A stretch of 59,082 bases of DNA, counting the filler. It is 4 parts of 4 records of this genome, joined end to end, with 100 filler letters (N's around TTAATTAATTAA, not from the genome) between each part and the next. Parts side by side here need not be neighbours in the genome. Positions count along the whole stretch, not along the records: positions 18,925 to 42,269 come from SRR20825019_1099; 3 more parts are not named here. One strand, given 5' to 3'. The notes below the pieces were generated by a model. It searched no databases, was not told where the DNA came from, and was given only the letters and a program-made list of their open reading frames with translations. A program made the position numbers and the translations under genes. This document shows, piece after piece, positions 23,263 to 32,207 of this stretch; position 1 is the first letter of the stretch, and each line of letters begins with the position of its first letter.

Positions 23263-24213
23263 ATGTCCATTACATCCGTCGCCGTGATTGGCGCGGGAAC
23301 CATGGGCCACGCGCTGGCGCTGGTTCATGCGCTGGGCGGTTGCCGCGTTTTGCTGCATGACGCGGCTCCCGCCGTGCTCGAACGCGCGCCGGCGCTGATC
23401 GCCGCCGCCGCCGCCACGCTCGTTGAGGCCGGCGCTGAGACGGCGGAACACGCGCAAGCCGCCCGCCGTCGCATCGCCCTCGCCGACACGCTGACCGAGG
23501 CTGTGGCCGCCGCCGATCTCGTGGTCGAGGCGGTCGTCGAGAAGGCGGAGATCAAGCGCGCGGTGTTCACCGAGATCGACCGGCACGCCCCGCCATCCGC
23601 GATCATCGCCTCGAACACATCCTATCTCGACGTCTTCCCGCTCGTCCCGCAGGCTCGCCAGTCGCGCGCGGCGGTCGCGCACTGGTACACGCCGCCCTAT
23701 ATCGTCGACCTCGTCGACCTTGCGCCCGGCCCCTCGACCGCGCCGGAAACGATCGAAACGCTTCGCCAGCTCTATGAGGGTTTCAGCAAGGCGCCGCTGG
23801 TGTTCGGCCGGCTGGTTCCCGGCTATATCGCCAACCGGCTGCAGGCGGCGCTGAACCTTGAATGCCTGCGCATGATCGACGAAGGCTGGGCGAGCGCCGC
23901 CGATATCGATTTTTCGATCCGCCACGGACTGGTTCATCGCCTCGCCGTGCTCGGTCACATGCGGAAGATGGACTACACCGGGCTCGAAATGGTGCGCAAC
24001 GGACTTGCCGGCCGCACCTACCAGCCGCCTGAAAACCCCGGCGAAAGCCCGGTTCTCGACCGGCTGATCGCGGCAGGCCGCACCGGCGTGTTCGCGGGCG
24101 CCGGCTTCTATGACTATGACGGCACGCCCGTCGACGAATTGCTGCACCGGCGCGACCTGCGCCTGCTGCAATTGAAAACCGAGCTTCAGGAACTGATGGG
24201 AGATGATCAATGA
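23263..24213 (+). CDS. 3-hydroxyacyl-CoA dehydrogenase family protein
   Basis: VIGAGTMG, VVEAVVE, ASNTS, PGYIANRLQ; AGGAGG RBS. Confidence 0.9.
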   Translation: MSITSVAVIGAGTMGHALALVHALGGCRVLLHDAAPAVLERAPALIAAAAATLVEAGAETAEHAQAARRRIALADTLTEAVAAADLVVEAVVEKAEIKRAVFTEIDRHAPPSAIIASNTSYLDVFPLVPQARQSRAAVAHWYTPPYIVDLVDLAPGPSTAPETIETLRQLYEGFSKAPLVFGRLVPGYIANRLQAALNLECLRMIDEGWASAADIDFSIRHGLVHRLAVLGHMRKMDYTGLEMVRNGLAGRTYQPPENPGESPVLDRLIAAGRTGVFAGAGFYDYDGTPVDELLHRRDLRLLQLKTELQELMGDDQ

Positions 24214-24971
24214 TCACGGCTGATCTTTCGGGCAAGCGCGCGCTGGTGACCGGCGGCGCGTCCGGTATCGGGCTTGCAACCACGACGATGCTGGCCGAGA
24301 TGGGGGCCAAGGTGGCGCTGAACCATCTGGAAGACGATCCCGCCGGACCCGCGCGCGTGACGGAGCTTACGGCGCGCGGACTGGACGTCGTCGCCGCACC
24401 CGGCAATATCTCAATGCCCGGCAATGCGGAGGCCATGGTGCAAAACGCCGTCGAAACCATGGGCGGGCTCGATTTTCTCGTCAACAATGCCGGTACCTCT
24501 GGCACGCAGGACAAGATCCCGCCGTCCGAACTCGACAGGATGACGGAGGAGTTCTGGCAGCTTCTGCTCAATACCAACCTGATCGGCGCGTTCCGCTGCG
24601 CCCATGCCGCAGCCGGTGCACTGAAGCAAAGCCGGGGCGCGATCGTGAACATGACCTCGATCGCCGGCATCGGCCAGCAGGGCAGTTCGATTGCCTATGC
24701 GGCCAGCAAGTCGGCCCTTGTCAGCCTCACGCGAAGCCTCGCCCGCGGCCTTGCGCCTGAGGTGCGCGTCAACGCCGTCGCGCCGGGCCAGACGCGAACG
24801 CCATGGACCGACAACTGGCCGGAGGAGCGCAAGCAATGGGCCCGCGATCTTGCCGTGCTCAAGCGCCGCTCCGAGCCTGAGGATATCGCCGAGGCCGTGC
24901 TCTATCTCTGCGCCGGCGCGAGCATGGTCACCGGCCATGTTCTGGTGGTCGACGGCGGCATGACGCTCTGA
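24210..24971 (+). CDS. Short-chain dehydrogenase/reductase
   Basis: TGGASGIG, NNAG, YAASK, VDGG; 4-nt ATGA overlap with the upstream gene. Confidence 0.93.
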   Translation: MITADLSGKRALVTGGASGIGLATTTMLAEMGAKVALNHLEDDPAGPARVTELTARGLDVVAAPGNISMPGNAEAMVQNAVETMGGLDFLVNNAGTSGTQDKIPPSELDRMTEEFWQLLLNTNLIGAFRCAHAAAGALKQSRGAIVNMTSIAGIGQQGSSIAYAASKSALVSLTRSLARGLAPEVRVNAVAPGQTRTPWTDNWPEERKQWARDLAVLKRRSEPEDIAEAVLYLCAGASMVTGHVLVVDGGMTL

Positions 24972-24978
24972 AAGCATG

Positions 24979-25001
24979 CGGGCGCCCCGCCGGGGCGCCC
25001 G
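24979..25001. terminator. GC-rich hairpin between convergent operons
   Basis: CGGGCGCCCC-GCC-GGGGCGCCCG. Confidence 0.6.
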
Positions 25002-25045
25002 TCACTCGAGATTTCAAAGTGATGCGATCCGCCGTCCCGGCGCGA

Positions 25046-26131
25046 TCAGGCCGCTTCGACGAACCTCTTGAGGTGCGCCGCCCGGTTGCCACCAGCCTGG
25101 TTCAGCACCAGAAGGCGTTTGACCAGATGGCCGACATTGAGCTCGTCGGTCACGCCCATACCGCCGTGGAGCTGGATCGCATCCCGCAAAACGGCGCGCG
25201 CGGCATCGGCGATCTTCACCCGTGCCGCAGAGACAAGACGCGCGCGAAACAGGGCGTCGGCGCTTTCCATCGCCTCGGCCGCCAGCAGCACCATCGATCG
25301 CGCCTCCTCGCGCGCGATGAACATGTCGGCCATCCTGTGCTGCACCGCCTGGAACTTGCCGATCGGGCGGCCGAACTGTTCGCGCAGCTTTACATAGTCG
25401 AGCGTCGCCCGATAGAGCGCATCGATCACGCCACAGCTTTCGGCAAGCACGCCGATCATGGCGAGATCCGCCCCAAAATCGAGCGCCGCGCCGCAATCTG
25501 CAATCGCCTCCGCGGTCGGGTGGCTGACCCCGTCGAAGCAGACCCGCGCCGCCGCCTGCCCGTCGACCAGCCGGCACGGCGTCACCTGCGCCTCCCCTGC
25601 AGAAACACGCAGGAGCAGCCTGGTGCCATCCATTTCCACGACAACCCAGAAGGCCACCGCCGCAGCTGCGCCGACAAGGGCCGGAACGGTTCCCGAAAGA
25701 ACGATCGTTTCACCCTCCCGACGCGCAGTGAGCGGCCGCCCCTGCCCGCCATCGGTGATGAGTTCGATGCGCTCGCCGGAAAGAATGGGCGCAAGCGCTG
25801 CCTCCTTGGCGCTTTCGGGAAGCGCGCGAGCAAGCGTCGCCGCTGTGCCGAGCGCCACGGGCCCCACGGGTTCGAGAACGAGGCCCGCGCCCAGAGCCTC
25901 CATCAGCGGCACGATCTGCGCCGGCGAAAGTCCGAGACCGCCGGCTTCCTCCGGAACGGGCGCTGCAAGCCAGCCAAGCTCGGCCATTTCCGCGAAATGT
26001 CGCGGCAGTTGCTCCGGCGCATCGGAAAGGGCGGCCGCGCGCTGTTCGAGTCCGTAATTGTCGGCCACGAAGCGCTCGGCGGTGTCCCGGAGCAGGAGCG
26101 CCTCCTCGGAGGGTTGTTCGAAACGTATCAT
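25046..26131 (-). CDS. Acyl-CoA dehydrogenase, PimD-like subunit
   Basis: REQFGRPIGKFQAVQHRMADM and AIQLHGGMGVTDE; adjacent to a PimC-like partner. Confidence 0.88.
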   Translation of the reverse strand: MIRFEQPSEEALLLRDTAERFVADNYGLEQRAAALSDAPEQLPRHFAEMAELGWLAAPVPEEAGGLGLSPAQIVPLMEALGAGLVLEPVGPVALGTAATLARALPESAKEAALAPILSGERIELITDGGQGRPLTARREGETIVLSGTVPALVGAAAAVAFWVVVEMDGTRLLLRVSAGEAQVTPCRLVDGQAAARVCFDGVSHPTAEAIADCGAALDFGADLAMIGVLAESCGVIDALYRATLDYVKLREQFGRPIGKFQAVQHRMADMFIAREEARSMVLLAAEAMESADALFRARLVSAARVKIADAARAVLRDAIQLHGGMGVTDELNVGHLVKRLLVLNQAGGNRAAHLKRFVEAA

Positions 26132-26144
26132 GATGCTCACCCTT

Positions 26145-27302
26145 TCAAAGCCCCAGAACCTGGCCGGCCAGAATGCTGCGCTGGATCTCGTTGCTGCCAC
26201 CATAGATCGACAGTTTGCGCCAGTTGAGGAACTGGTAGGCCGCGTTGGCGAAGGGGTCCTCGGCCGCATCGCTTGCCCGGTCGGGAAGCGCCGCCGGACC
26301 GGCGATATCCAGCATCAGTTCGGTCAGCCCCTGCTGCACCTCTGTTCCGCGCACCTTGAGGAGAGATGTTTCGGCGCCGAGCGTCTTGCCAGCTTCGGCA
26401 GCGGCGAGAAGTCGCAATGTCGTCGCCTCGACCGCCATGATATCGATCTCGAACCCGGCAAGCCGCGCGACGATCTCCGGATCGCCTGAAAGCCCCGCCG
26501 CTTCGGCCATTTCGCGCACACGCTCCAGAAGATGCTTCGACCGCCCGATACCGCCGATGCCGAGCCGCTCATGCTCCAGCAGTGCCTTGGCATAGGTCCA
26601 GCCCTTGTTGAGTTCGCCCACGACCAGATCGTCGGGCACGAAGACATTGTCGAGAAAGATCTCGTTGACTTCCTCTGTCCCGTCCATCAGCCGGATCGGG
26701 CGGCGGGAAAGGCCGGGCGTCGCCATGTCGATGAGCATCATCGAGATGCCTTCCTGCTTCTTGACCGCAGGGTCGGTGCGCACCAGGCAGAAGATCCAGT
26801 TGGCGTACTGGGCATAGGTGGTCCATGTCTTGGAACCGGACACCAGCCAGCCGCCCTCGGTCTTGACCGCGCGGGTGCGCAGCGAGGCAAGGTCCGAGCC
26901 CGCGCCCGGCTCGCTGAAGCCCTGGCACCACCAGTCACCGCCGGACAGGATGCCGGGTAGGAAGCGCTTGCGCTGTGCGTCATTGCCGAAGCGGATCAGC
27001 ACCGGCCCGATCATCTTCAGGCCGAAACCGGGAAGCGGCGGCGTATGCAGACGGAAAAGCTCCTCGTCCGCGACAAGGCGCTGACGCGCCGTCCAGTCCG
27101 GCCCGCCGTGCTCGACGGGCCAGGAGGGCGCCGCCCAGCCCTTGCGATAAAGGCTGCGATGCCAGCCGAGGATTGCGTCGCGGCCGAGCGGCGCGCCACG
27201 CGAGACCTTTGCGCGGGTCTGCGGATCCAGTTCGGCGGCGACGAAGGCGCGAATTTCCTCGCGGAAGGCCATGTCTTCCGGCGCGTTCAGAAGATCGGTC
27301 AT
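26145..27302 (-). CDS. Acyl-CoA dehydrogenase, PimC-like subunit
   Basis: WCQGFSEPGAGSDLASLRT, GSKTWTT, SIYGGSNEIQR. Confidence 0.9.
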   Translation of the reverse strand: MTDLLNAPEDMAFREEIRAFVAAELDPQTRAKVSRGAPLGRDAILGWHRSLYRKGWAAPSWPVEHGGPDWTARQRLVADEELFRLHTPPLPGFGLKMIGPVLIRFGNDAQRKRFLPGILSGGDWWCQGFSEPGAGSDLASLRTRAVKTEGGWLVSGSKTWTTYAQYANWIFCLVRTDPAVKKQEGISMMLIDMATPGLSRRPIRLMDGTEEVNEIFLDNVFVPDDLVVGELNKGWTYAKALLEHERLGIGGIGRSKHLLERVREMAEAAGLSGDPEIVARLAGFEIDIMAVEATTLRLLAAAEAGKTLGAETSLLKVRGTEVQQGLTELMLDIAGPAALPDRASDAAEDPFANAAYQFLNWRKLSIYGGSNEIQRSILAGQVLGL

Positions 27303-29488
27303 GCGCGGGCCTCCGGCTTGACGATAAGCGCGTCGACGGCGACACAGCCCTCGCCTTCGGGCAGGACCAGCATCGGGTTGATGTCGATGCCTTCGATGGA
27401 ACCCGAATGGGCCACGGCAAGGGCGGAGAGCTTCAGGATCGCCTCCTCAAGCGCGGCGCGATCGGCGCAGGGCGCGCCCCGGAACCCTTCGAGAAGCCGG
27501 CCGAGCCGCGTTTCGTCGATCATCCCGGCCACATCCCTGCGGCTCAGCGGCGCCCGGCGGAGCGCCACGTCGTCCAGAAGCTCTGTCATCACGCCTCCGA
27601 CTCCGACCAGGATCATCGGGCCGAAATCGGGATCGTTCTGCATGCCGAGTATGACCTCGACGCCGCCCTTGACCATTTTCTGGATGAGGCATGGCGCGGG
27701 CTGGCCGTTCAGCGTGTGGCCGGAAAGCTTGGCTGCGAGATCGCCAAAGGCGTCGCGAACGGCCCGGTCATCACTGAGGCCAAGGTGCACGAGGCCGGCC
27801 TCGGTCTTGTGCTCCATGCCGTCGGCCAGCCCCTTCAACACGACCGGGTAGCCGATCTCGGCGCCGGCGGCCACGGCGTCATCGGCCGAATGCACCAGCC
27901 GTTCGCCGATCATCGGCAGGCCATAGCTGCGAAGCGCCTCCTTCGCGGCATATTCGGAAAGACTGCGCCCGCCGGCGGCGAGAAGCGCATCCACTTCGGC
28001 GCGCGCGCCTGCGGGGGCCGCGGGCGCATCGATTTCGGCACCGGTTTCGGCCTTGCGCCCGTGATAATCCAGGAAACGCTTCAGCGCTTTCAGCATCTGC
28101 TGGCTGCCGCGATAAACCGGAAGGCTGCGATCCCGGGCCAGTTCCTCGAAGCCCGCCTCGACGATCTTGCCGCCGTCATAGACGACGATGATCGGCTTGT
28201 CCGAGACCTTCGCAAGCTCCAGAACCGGACCGATCAGCCGGCCGCGCCAGCTTTCGCGCACCTGGTGGATGAACACCACCATGATGTCGGTATTGTCGTC
28301 GGCGAGCACCGCGTTCAGGCTGGCGCCCCATCGCTCGGGGTGGTTATTGACGTTGCCGGAAAGGTCGAGCGGGTTCACCGGCGGCGTGAAATCGAGCAGC
28401 GGCTTCAGCGCCTCCACCGTCTTTTCCGTAAAATCGGCCATCGGCAGGCCCAGCGCCTCGCACTGGTCGGCCATGACCCCGCTCCAGCCGCCGGAAAATG
28501 TGACGACCGAAATGCGGTCGCCGCGCGGGGCCGGGCATTTTTCGAAAAGGGCAGCAACGTCGATCAGCTCCAGCGGATCGTCGACGGAGATGATGTTGTT
28601 CTGTCGGAACACCGCCTCATAGGTGCGGAAGGCGCCGGCCATCTTGCCGGTATGGGCAAGGGCTGTGCGCGCCGCGCGTTTGCTGCGCCCGAGCTTCAGC
28701 ACGATCAGCGGCTTTTCCGCCGCGCGGGCGCGCGCCGCCAGTTCCAGAAACCGTTCCGGTGAACGCAGGCCCTCGAGCGCCATGCAGACCGAGGATATCT
28801 CCGGATCGCCAAGCGCGAAAGCGGCATAGTCGCTCGCTTCGACATTCAGTTCGTTGCCGGTGGAGACGAGGTAGCGCATGTGCACGCCCTGATCATGCGC
28901 GCGCGACAGCAGCACCATCAGAAGCTGGCCGCTCTGCGAGACCAGCGCCGTGTGCCCGGCCGACATGTCGTCCGGAAAGGTCGCCGCCGTCAAACCCATG
29001 AAGCCGCTCGCCAGATTGGCAAGACCGAGGCAGTTCGGCCCGCAGATGGCAATGCCGTGGCGATTGGCGATCTCGCGCAGCCTCTCCTCCAGCGCCCTGC
29101 CCTCCTCGCCGGTCTCGGAAAAGCCGGATGCGAGAATGACCGCGCCGGAGACGCCCTTCCTGCCGCAATCCTCCAGAATGTCCGGCAGCGCCTTCTGCGG
29201 CACAAAGATCAGCACCGTATCGACCGGCTCCGGGATCGCCGAGACCGAAGGATAGCAGCGCAGATCGTTCAGTTCGTCATATTTCGGATTGACCGGATAG
29301 AGCTTGCCGGTGAAGCCAAGCCTGCGCAGCACCGGAATGGCCATGCCGCTCCACCCGTCCGTCCTGGTGCTGGCGCCGACCACCGCGACACTTCTCGGGT
29401 TCATCAGCCCCGAAAGCCGATCGAAAATTTCCGCATTCGCGGATGTGTCCGGCGCTGCGGACACGACGGTTGCAGCATTCGCCGACAT
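27299..29488 (-). CDS. ADP-forming acyl-CoA synthetase (acetate-CoA ligase family, fused alpha/beta)
   Basis: PRSVAVVGAS, GPNCLG, SQSG, TGNE, phospho-His motif AHTG, NPLD and ATP-grasp C-terminus (DINP); GGAGG RBS. Confidence 0.9.
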   Translation of the reverse strand: MSANAATVVSAAPDTSANAEIFDRLSGLMNPRSVAVVGASTRTDGWSGMAIPVLRRLGFTGKLYPVNPKYDELNDLRCYPSVSAIPEPVDTVLIFVPQKALPDILEDCGRKGVSGAVILASGFSETGEEGRALEERLREIANRHGIAICGPNCLGLANLASGFMGLTAATFPDDMSAGHTALVSQSGQLLMVLLSRAHDQGVHMRYLVSTGNELNVEASDYAAFALGDPEISSVCMALEGLRSPERFLELAARARAAEKPLIVLKLGRSKRAARTALAHTGKMAGAFRTYEAVFRQNNIISVDDPLELIDVAALFEKCPAPRGDRISVVTFSGGWSGVMADQCEALGLPMADFTEKTVEALKPLLDFTPPVNPLDLSGNVNNHPERWGASLNAVLADDNTDIMVVFIHQVRESWRGRLIGPVLELAKVSDKPIIVVYDGGKIVEAGFEELARDRSLPVYRGSQQMLKALKRFLDYHGRKAETGAEIDAPAAPAGARAEVDALLAAGGRSLSEYAAKEALRSYGLPMIGERLVHSADDAVAAGAEIGYPVVLKGLADGMEHKTEAGLVHLGLSDDRAVRDAFGDLAAKLSGHTLNGQPAPCLIQKMVKGGVEVILGMQNDPDFGPMILVGVGGVMTELLDDVALRRAPLSRRDVAGMIDETRLGRLLEGFRGAPCADRAALEEAILKLSALAVAHSGSIEGIDINPMLVLPEGEGCVAVDALIVKPEARA

Positions 29489-29546
29489 CCCGTTCCTCCC
29501 TTTCTGTCTCCTTGGCGGGAGTATCCTGGAAAGTTCGGACGCGGTC

Positions 29547-29581
29547 AACATTTTTTAAAACTATGGATCGCATAGCGGACA
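29547..29581. promoter_or_regulatory. Candidate IclR operator element (copy 1) upstream of the ligase operon
   Basis: AACATTTTTTAAAACTATGGATCGCATAGCGGACA; 24/35 ungapped identity with 30505-30539. Confidence 0.5.
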
Positions 29582-29606
29582 CGAAATAAAATTCGTCCAC
29601 ACACGA

Positions 29607-30398
29607 TCAATCGGGATAAAGGCGGCGCATCTGGCTCTGCAGCATCCTGGCCGAGCTCATCAGCGCAACGGCGTATTCGGACTCCAGCCGCTCGGGCGTC
29701 ACAACCGAGGACAGACCCGAAATGGACAGCAGCAGCGGATCCCCGTCATCGACCGCGCGGATCGTCGTGGCAACCGCGTTGAGCTCGGGCCACCAGCCGC
29801 CGCAAGACACCGCAAAGCCTTTTTCCCGATACCGCTCGACCTCGCGCTCGAGGTGAGGCGCCTGCGCGGCGCACAGCGCCGGATCGGCCGCTGCAATGGA
29901 CTTGAGCACAGCGAGCCGCCGCATTTCCGAAAGGCTCGAAAGCCAGGCCCGGCCGATCGCGGTCTGGATGACCGGCACCAATGCGCCAACCTCCAGATTG
30001 AGAACGATCGCCTCCGGCCGCCGGACCATGTCGAGATAGCGGATGCCATTGCCGCTCGGCACCCCGAGCGCCACGGAAACGGGCCCAAGCTCCGAAAGCG
30101 CCTCCATCGCCGGGCGCGCAAGCGCCAGAAGGCCGGCGCCGGCGAAAGCCGTCTGGCTGAGCTCGGCCACGCGCGGCGTCAGGCTGTAGCTGCCGGAACG
30201 CGCATGGTGGGCAAGATAGCCGAGCTTGCGCAGCGTATGCGTGAAACGCGCCACGGTCGGGCGCGGCAGGCCGGTGCGGTCCGCAAGCTGTTGATTGCTG
30301 AGCGCGCGATCCTCGGGCCGGAAGGCCGTAATGACCTGAAGCCCGCGCGCCAGCGAGGTGACGAACTGCCGATCTCCGGAAATATCTGCCTCGTTCAT
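29607..30398 (-). CDS. IclR-family transcriptional regulator
   Basis: DRQFVTSLARGL, LPRPTVARFTHTL, TAIGRAWL. Confidence 0.92.
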   Translation of the reverse strand: MNEADISGDRQFVTSLARGLQVITAFRPEDRALSNQQLADRTGLPRPTVARFTHTLRKLGYLAHHARSGSYSLTPRVAELSQTAFAGAGLLALARPAMEALSELGPVSVALGVPSGNGIRYLDMVRRPEAIVLNLEVGALVPVIQTAIGRAWLSSLSEMRRLAVLKSIAAADPALCAAQAPHLEREVERYREKGFAVSCGGWWPELNAVATTIRAVDDGDPLLLSISGLSSVVTPERLESEYAVALMSSARMLQSQMRRLYPD

Positions 30399-30504
30399 TG
30401 CCGTGGTCTCCAACCTTGCCTTCTACCCCTTGATAGGGCCGCCGCCGCAAACAGACAAGCACCCTAACCCCGATCGCATATTGTCATGCCAGCCAAATCT
30501 TGTT

Positions 30505-30539
30505 AACATTTTTCGAAATAAATGTCTGCAATGCGGACA
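30505..30539. promoter_or_regulatory. Candidate IclR operator element (copy 2) upstream of the DUF35 operon
   Basis: Ends in the near-palindrome TGTCTGCAATGCGGACA (30523-30539). Confidence 0.55.
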
Positions 30540-30622
30540 GTTTGAGATTCCGTATCGAGTATCGATCGCGGAACGAAAGGCGGCGCGACAAAGGTGCCGG
30601 CTGTTTTTTGAGGGAGGGAAAC

Positions 30623-31045
30623 ATGACAGACCTTTTACCGGAGGGCGGTCCCGACCGGGTCTTCCAGGCCTATATCGCCGATGGCCGGCTCTGGTTGCAG
30701 ACCTGCGAAGACTGCGACAGCGCCATTTTCATGCCGCGCATCATCTGCCCCCAATGCGGTTCGCTGAACCTTGCGTGGCGCCCGGCCTCGGGCCTCGGGA
30801 CGGTCTATGCACGCACCGTGCTCCACAATCGCCCTAAGCCCGGCGACGACCGCCCCGCCCGCCATGCGCTTGTGCTGGTCGATCTCGACGAGGGGCCGCG
30901 CATGATGAGCCGCCTTCCCGACACCGATCCGGACGCGATCGCCATCGGAATGCGCGTCAACGCCCGGATCACCGGCGAGGCCGGCAAGCATATTGTGGTG
31001 TTCGATCCGGCCGAAGGGACATCGCCAAAGGAAACAGCGGCATGA
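30623..31045 (+). CDS. DUF35/ChsH2-type Zn-ribbon OB-fold protein
   Basis: CEDC...CPQC zinc ribbon, SGLGTVY, LVDLDEGPRMMS. Confidence 0.9.
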   Translation: MTDLLPEGGPDRVFQAYIADGRLWLQTCEDCDSAIFMPRIICPQCGSLNLAWRPASGLGTVYARTVLHNRPKPGDDRPARHALVLVDLDEGPRMMSRLPDTDPDAIAIGMRVNARITGEAGKHIVVFDPAEGTSPKETAA

Positions 31046-32193
31046 GCCATTCCCTGAGAGGCGCTGCCGCGATCGTCGGCGTTGGAACAGCAGGCCTCGG
31101 CGAGGCCACCGGCTATACCGCCATGGATATTCAGGCGCTCGCCGTGCATGAGGCGCTGGAGGATTCCGGGCTGAAGCTGAGCGATGTCGACGGCCTGTTC
31201 ACGGCCAATATGAGCCACACCTTCCCGGCAATCTCGACCATCGAATATCTGGGGCTCAGGCCGCGCTGGATCGACGGCACCAATACCGGCGGTTCCAGCT
31301 TCGTCGCCCACGCCCTGTCGGCGACCATGGCGCTTGAGGCGGGTCTCTGCGATGTGGCGCTGATCTGCTACGGCGCGACCATCCGCTCCGGCTCCGGCCG
31401 CATGGTGCCGGCGCTCGAACAGCCGACCTACGAAATGCCCCACGGGCCGCGCTATCCGATGACCGCCTATGCCATGGCCGCGGCCCGGCATATGGCGCAA
31501 TACGGCACGACCCGCGAACAACTTGCCGAAGTGGCGGTGGCAGCGCGCGCCTGGGCGCGGATGAACCCCGATGCCTTCGAACGCGGGCCGCTTTCCGTCG
31601 AGGACGTTCTGTCCTCGCGCATGATGATGGAGCCGCTTTCGCTGCGCGACTGCTGCCTGCTGACCGACGGCGCCGGAGCCGTGGTGATGACGCGCGCCGA
31701 CCGCGCCCGCGATCTCAGGCACAAACCCGCCTATTTCCTCGGCGGCGGCGTGGCCTCCTACAACCGCGCGGTTTCAGAAATGCCGGACCTGACGGTGACG
31801 GCGGCGAGGGATTCCGGCGCGCGCGCCTTCGCCATGGCCGGACTTTCGCCTTCCGACATGGATGTGCTCCAGCTCTACGACGCCTTCACCATCAACGTGA
31901 TCCTGTTTCTTGAGGACCTCGGCTTCTGCCGCAAGGGCGAAGGCGGCGCCTTCGTCTCCGGCGGACGCATCGCTCCCGGCGGGTCGCTGCCGGTCAATAC
32001 CAATGGCGGCGGCCTCTCCTTCTGCCATCCCGGGATGTACGGCGTATTCACGCTGATCGAGGCCGCGCGCCAGCTGCGGGGAGCGGCGGGAGACCGTCAG
32101 GTGGCGGGTGCGGAAACAGCGCTCTGCCACGGCAACGGGATCACGCTGTCGCATCAGGCAACGGCCGTTTTCGGCACAGAAGCCACACTTTGA
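31042..32193 (+). CDS. SCP2/Ltp2-type thiolase-family protein (DUF35 partner)
   Basis: DCCLLTDGAGAVV, QLYDAFT, PVNTNGGGLSFCHPG; ATGA coupling to DUF35. Confidence 0.88.
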   Translation: MSHSLRGAAAIVGVGTAGLGEATGYTAMDIQALAVHEALEDSGLKLSDVDGLFTANMSHTFPAISTIEYLGLRPRWIDGTNTGGSSFVAHALSATMALEAGLCDVALICYGATIRSGSGRMVPALEQPTYEMPHGPRYPMTAYAMAAARHMAQYGTTREQLAEVAVAARAWARMNPDAFERGPLSVEDVLSSRMMMEPLSLRDCCLLTDGAGAVVMTRADRARDLRHKPAYFLGGGVASYNRAVSEMPDLTVTAARDSGARAFAMAGLSPSDMDVLQLYDAFTINVILFLEDLGFCRKGEGGAFVSGGRIAPGGSLPVNTNGGGLSFCHPGMYGVFTLIEAARQLRGAAGDRQVAGAETALCHGNGITLSHQATAVFGTEATL

Positions 32194-32207
32194 GGAAGGG
32201 ACGGAAC

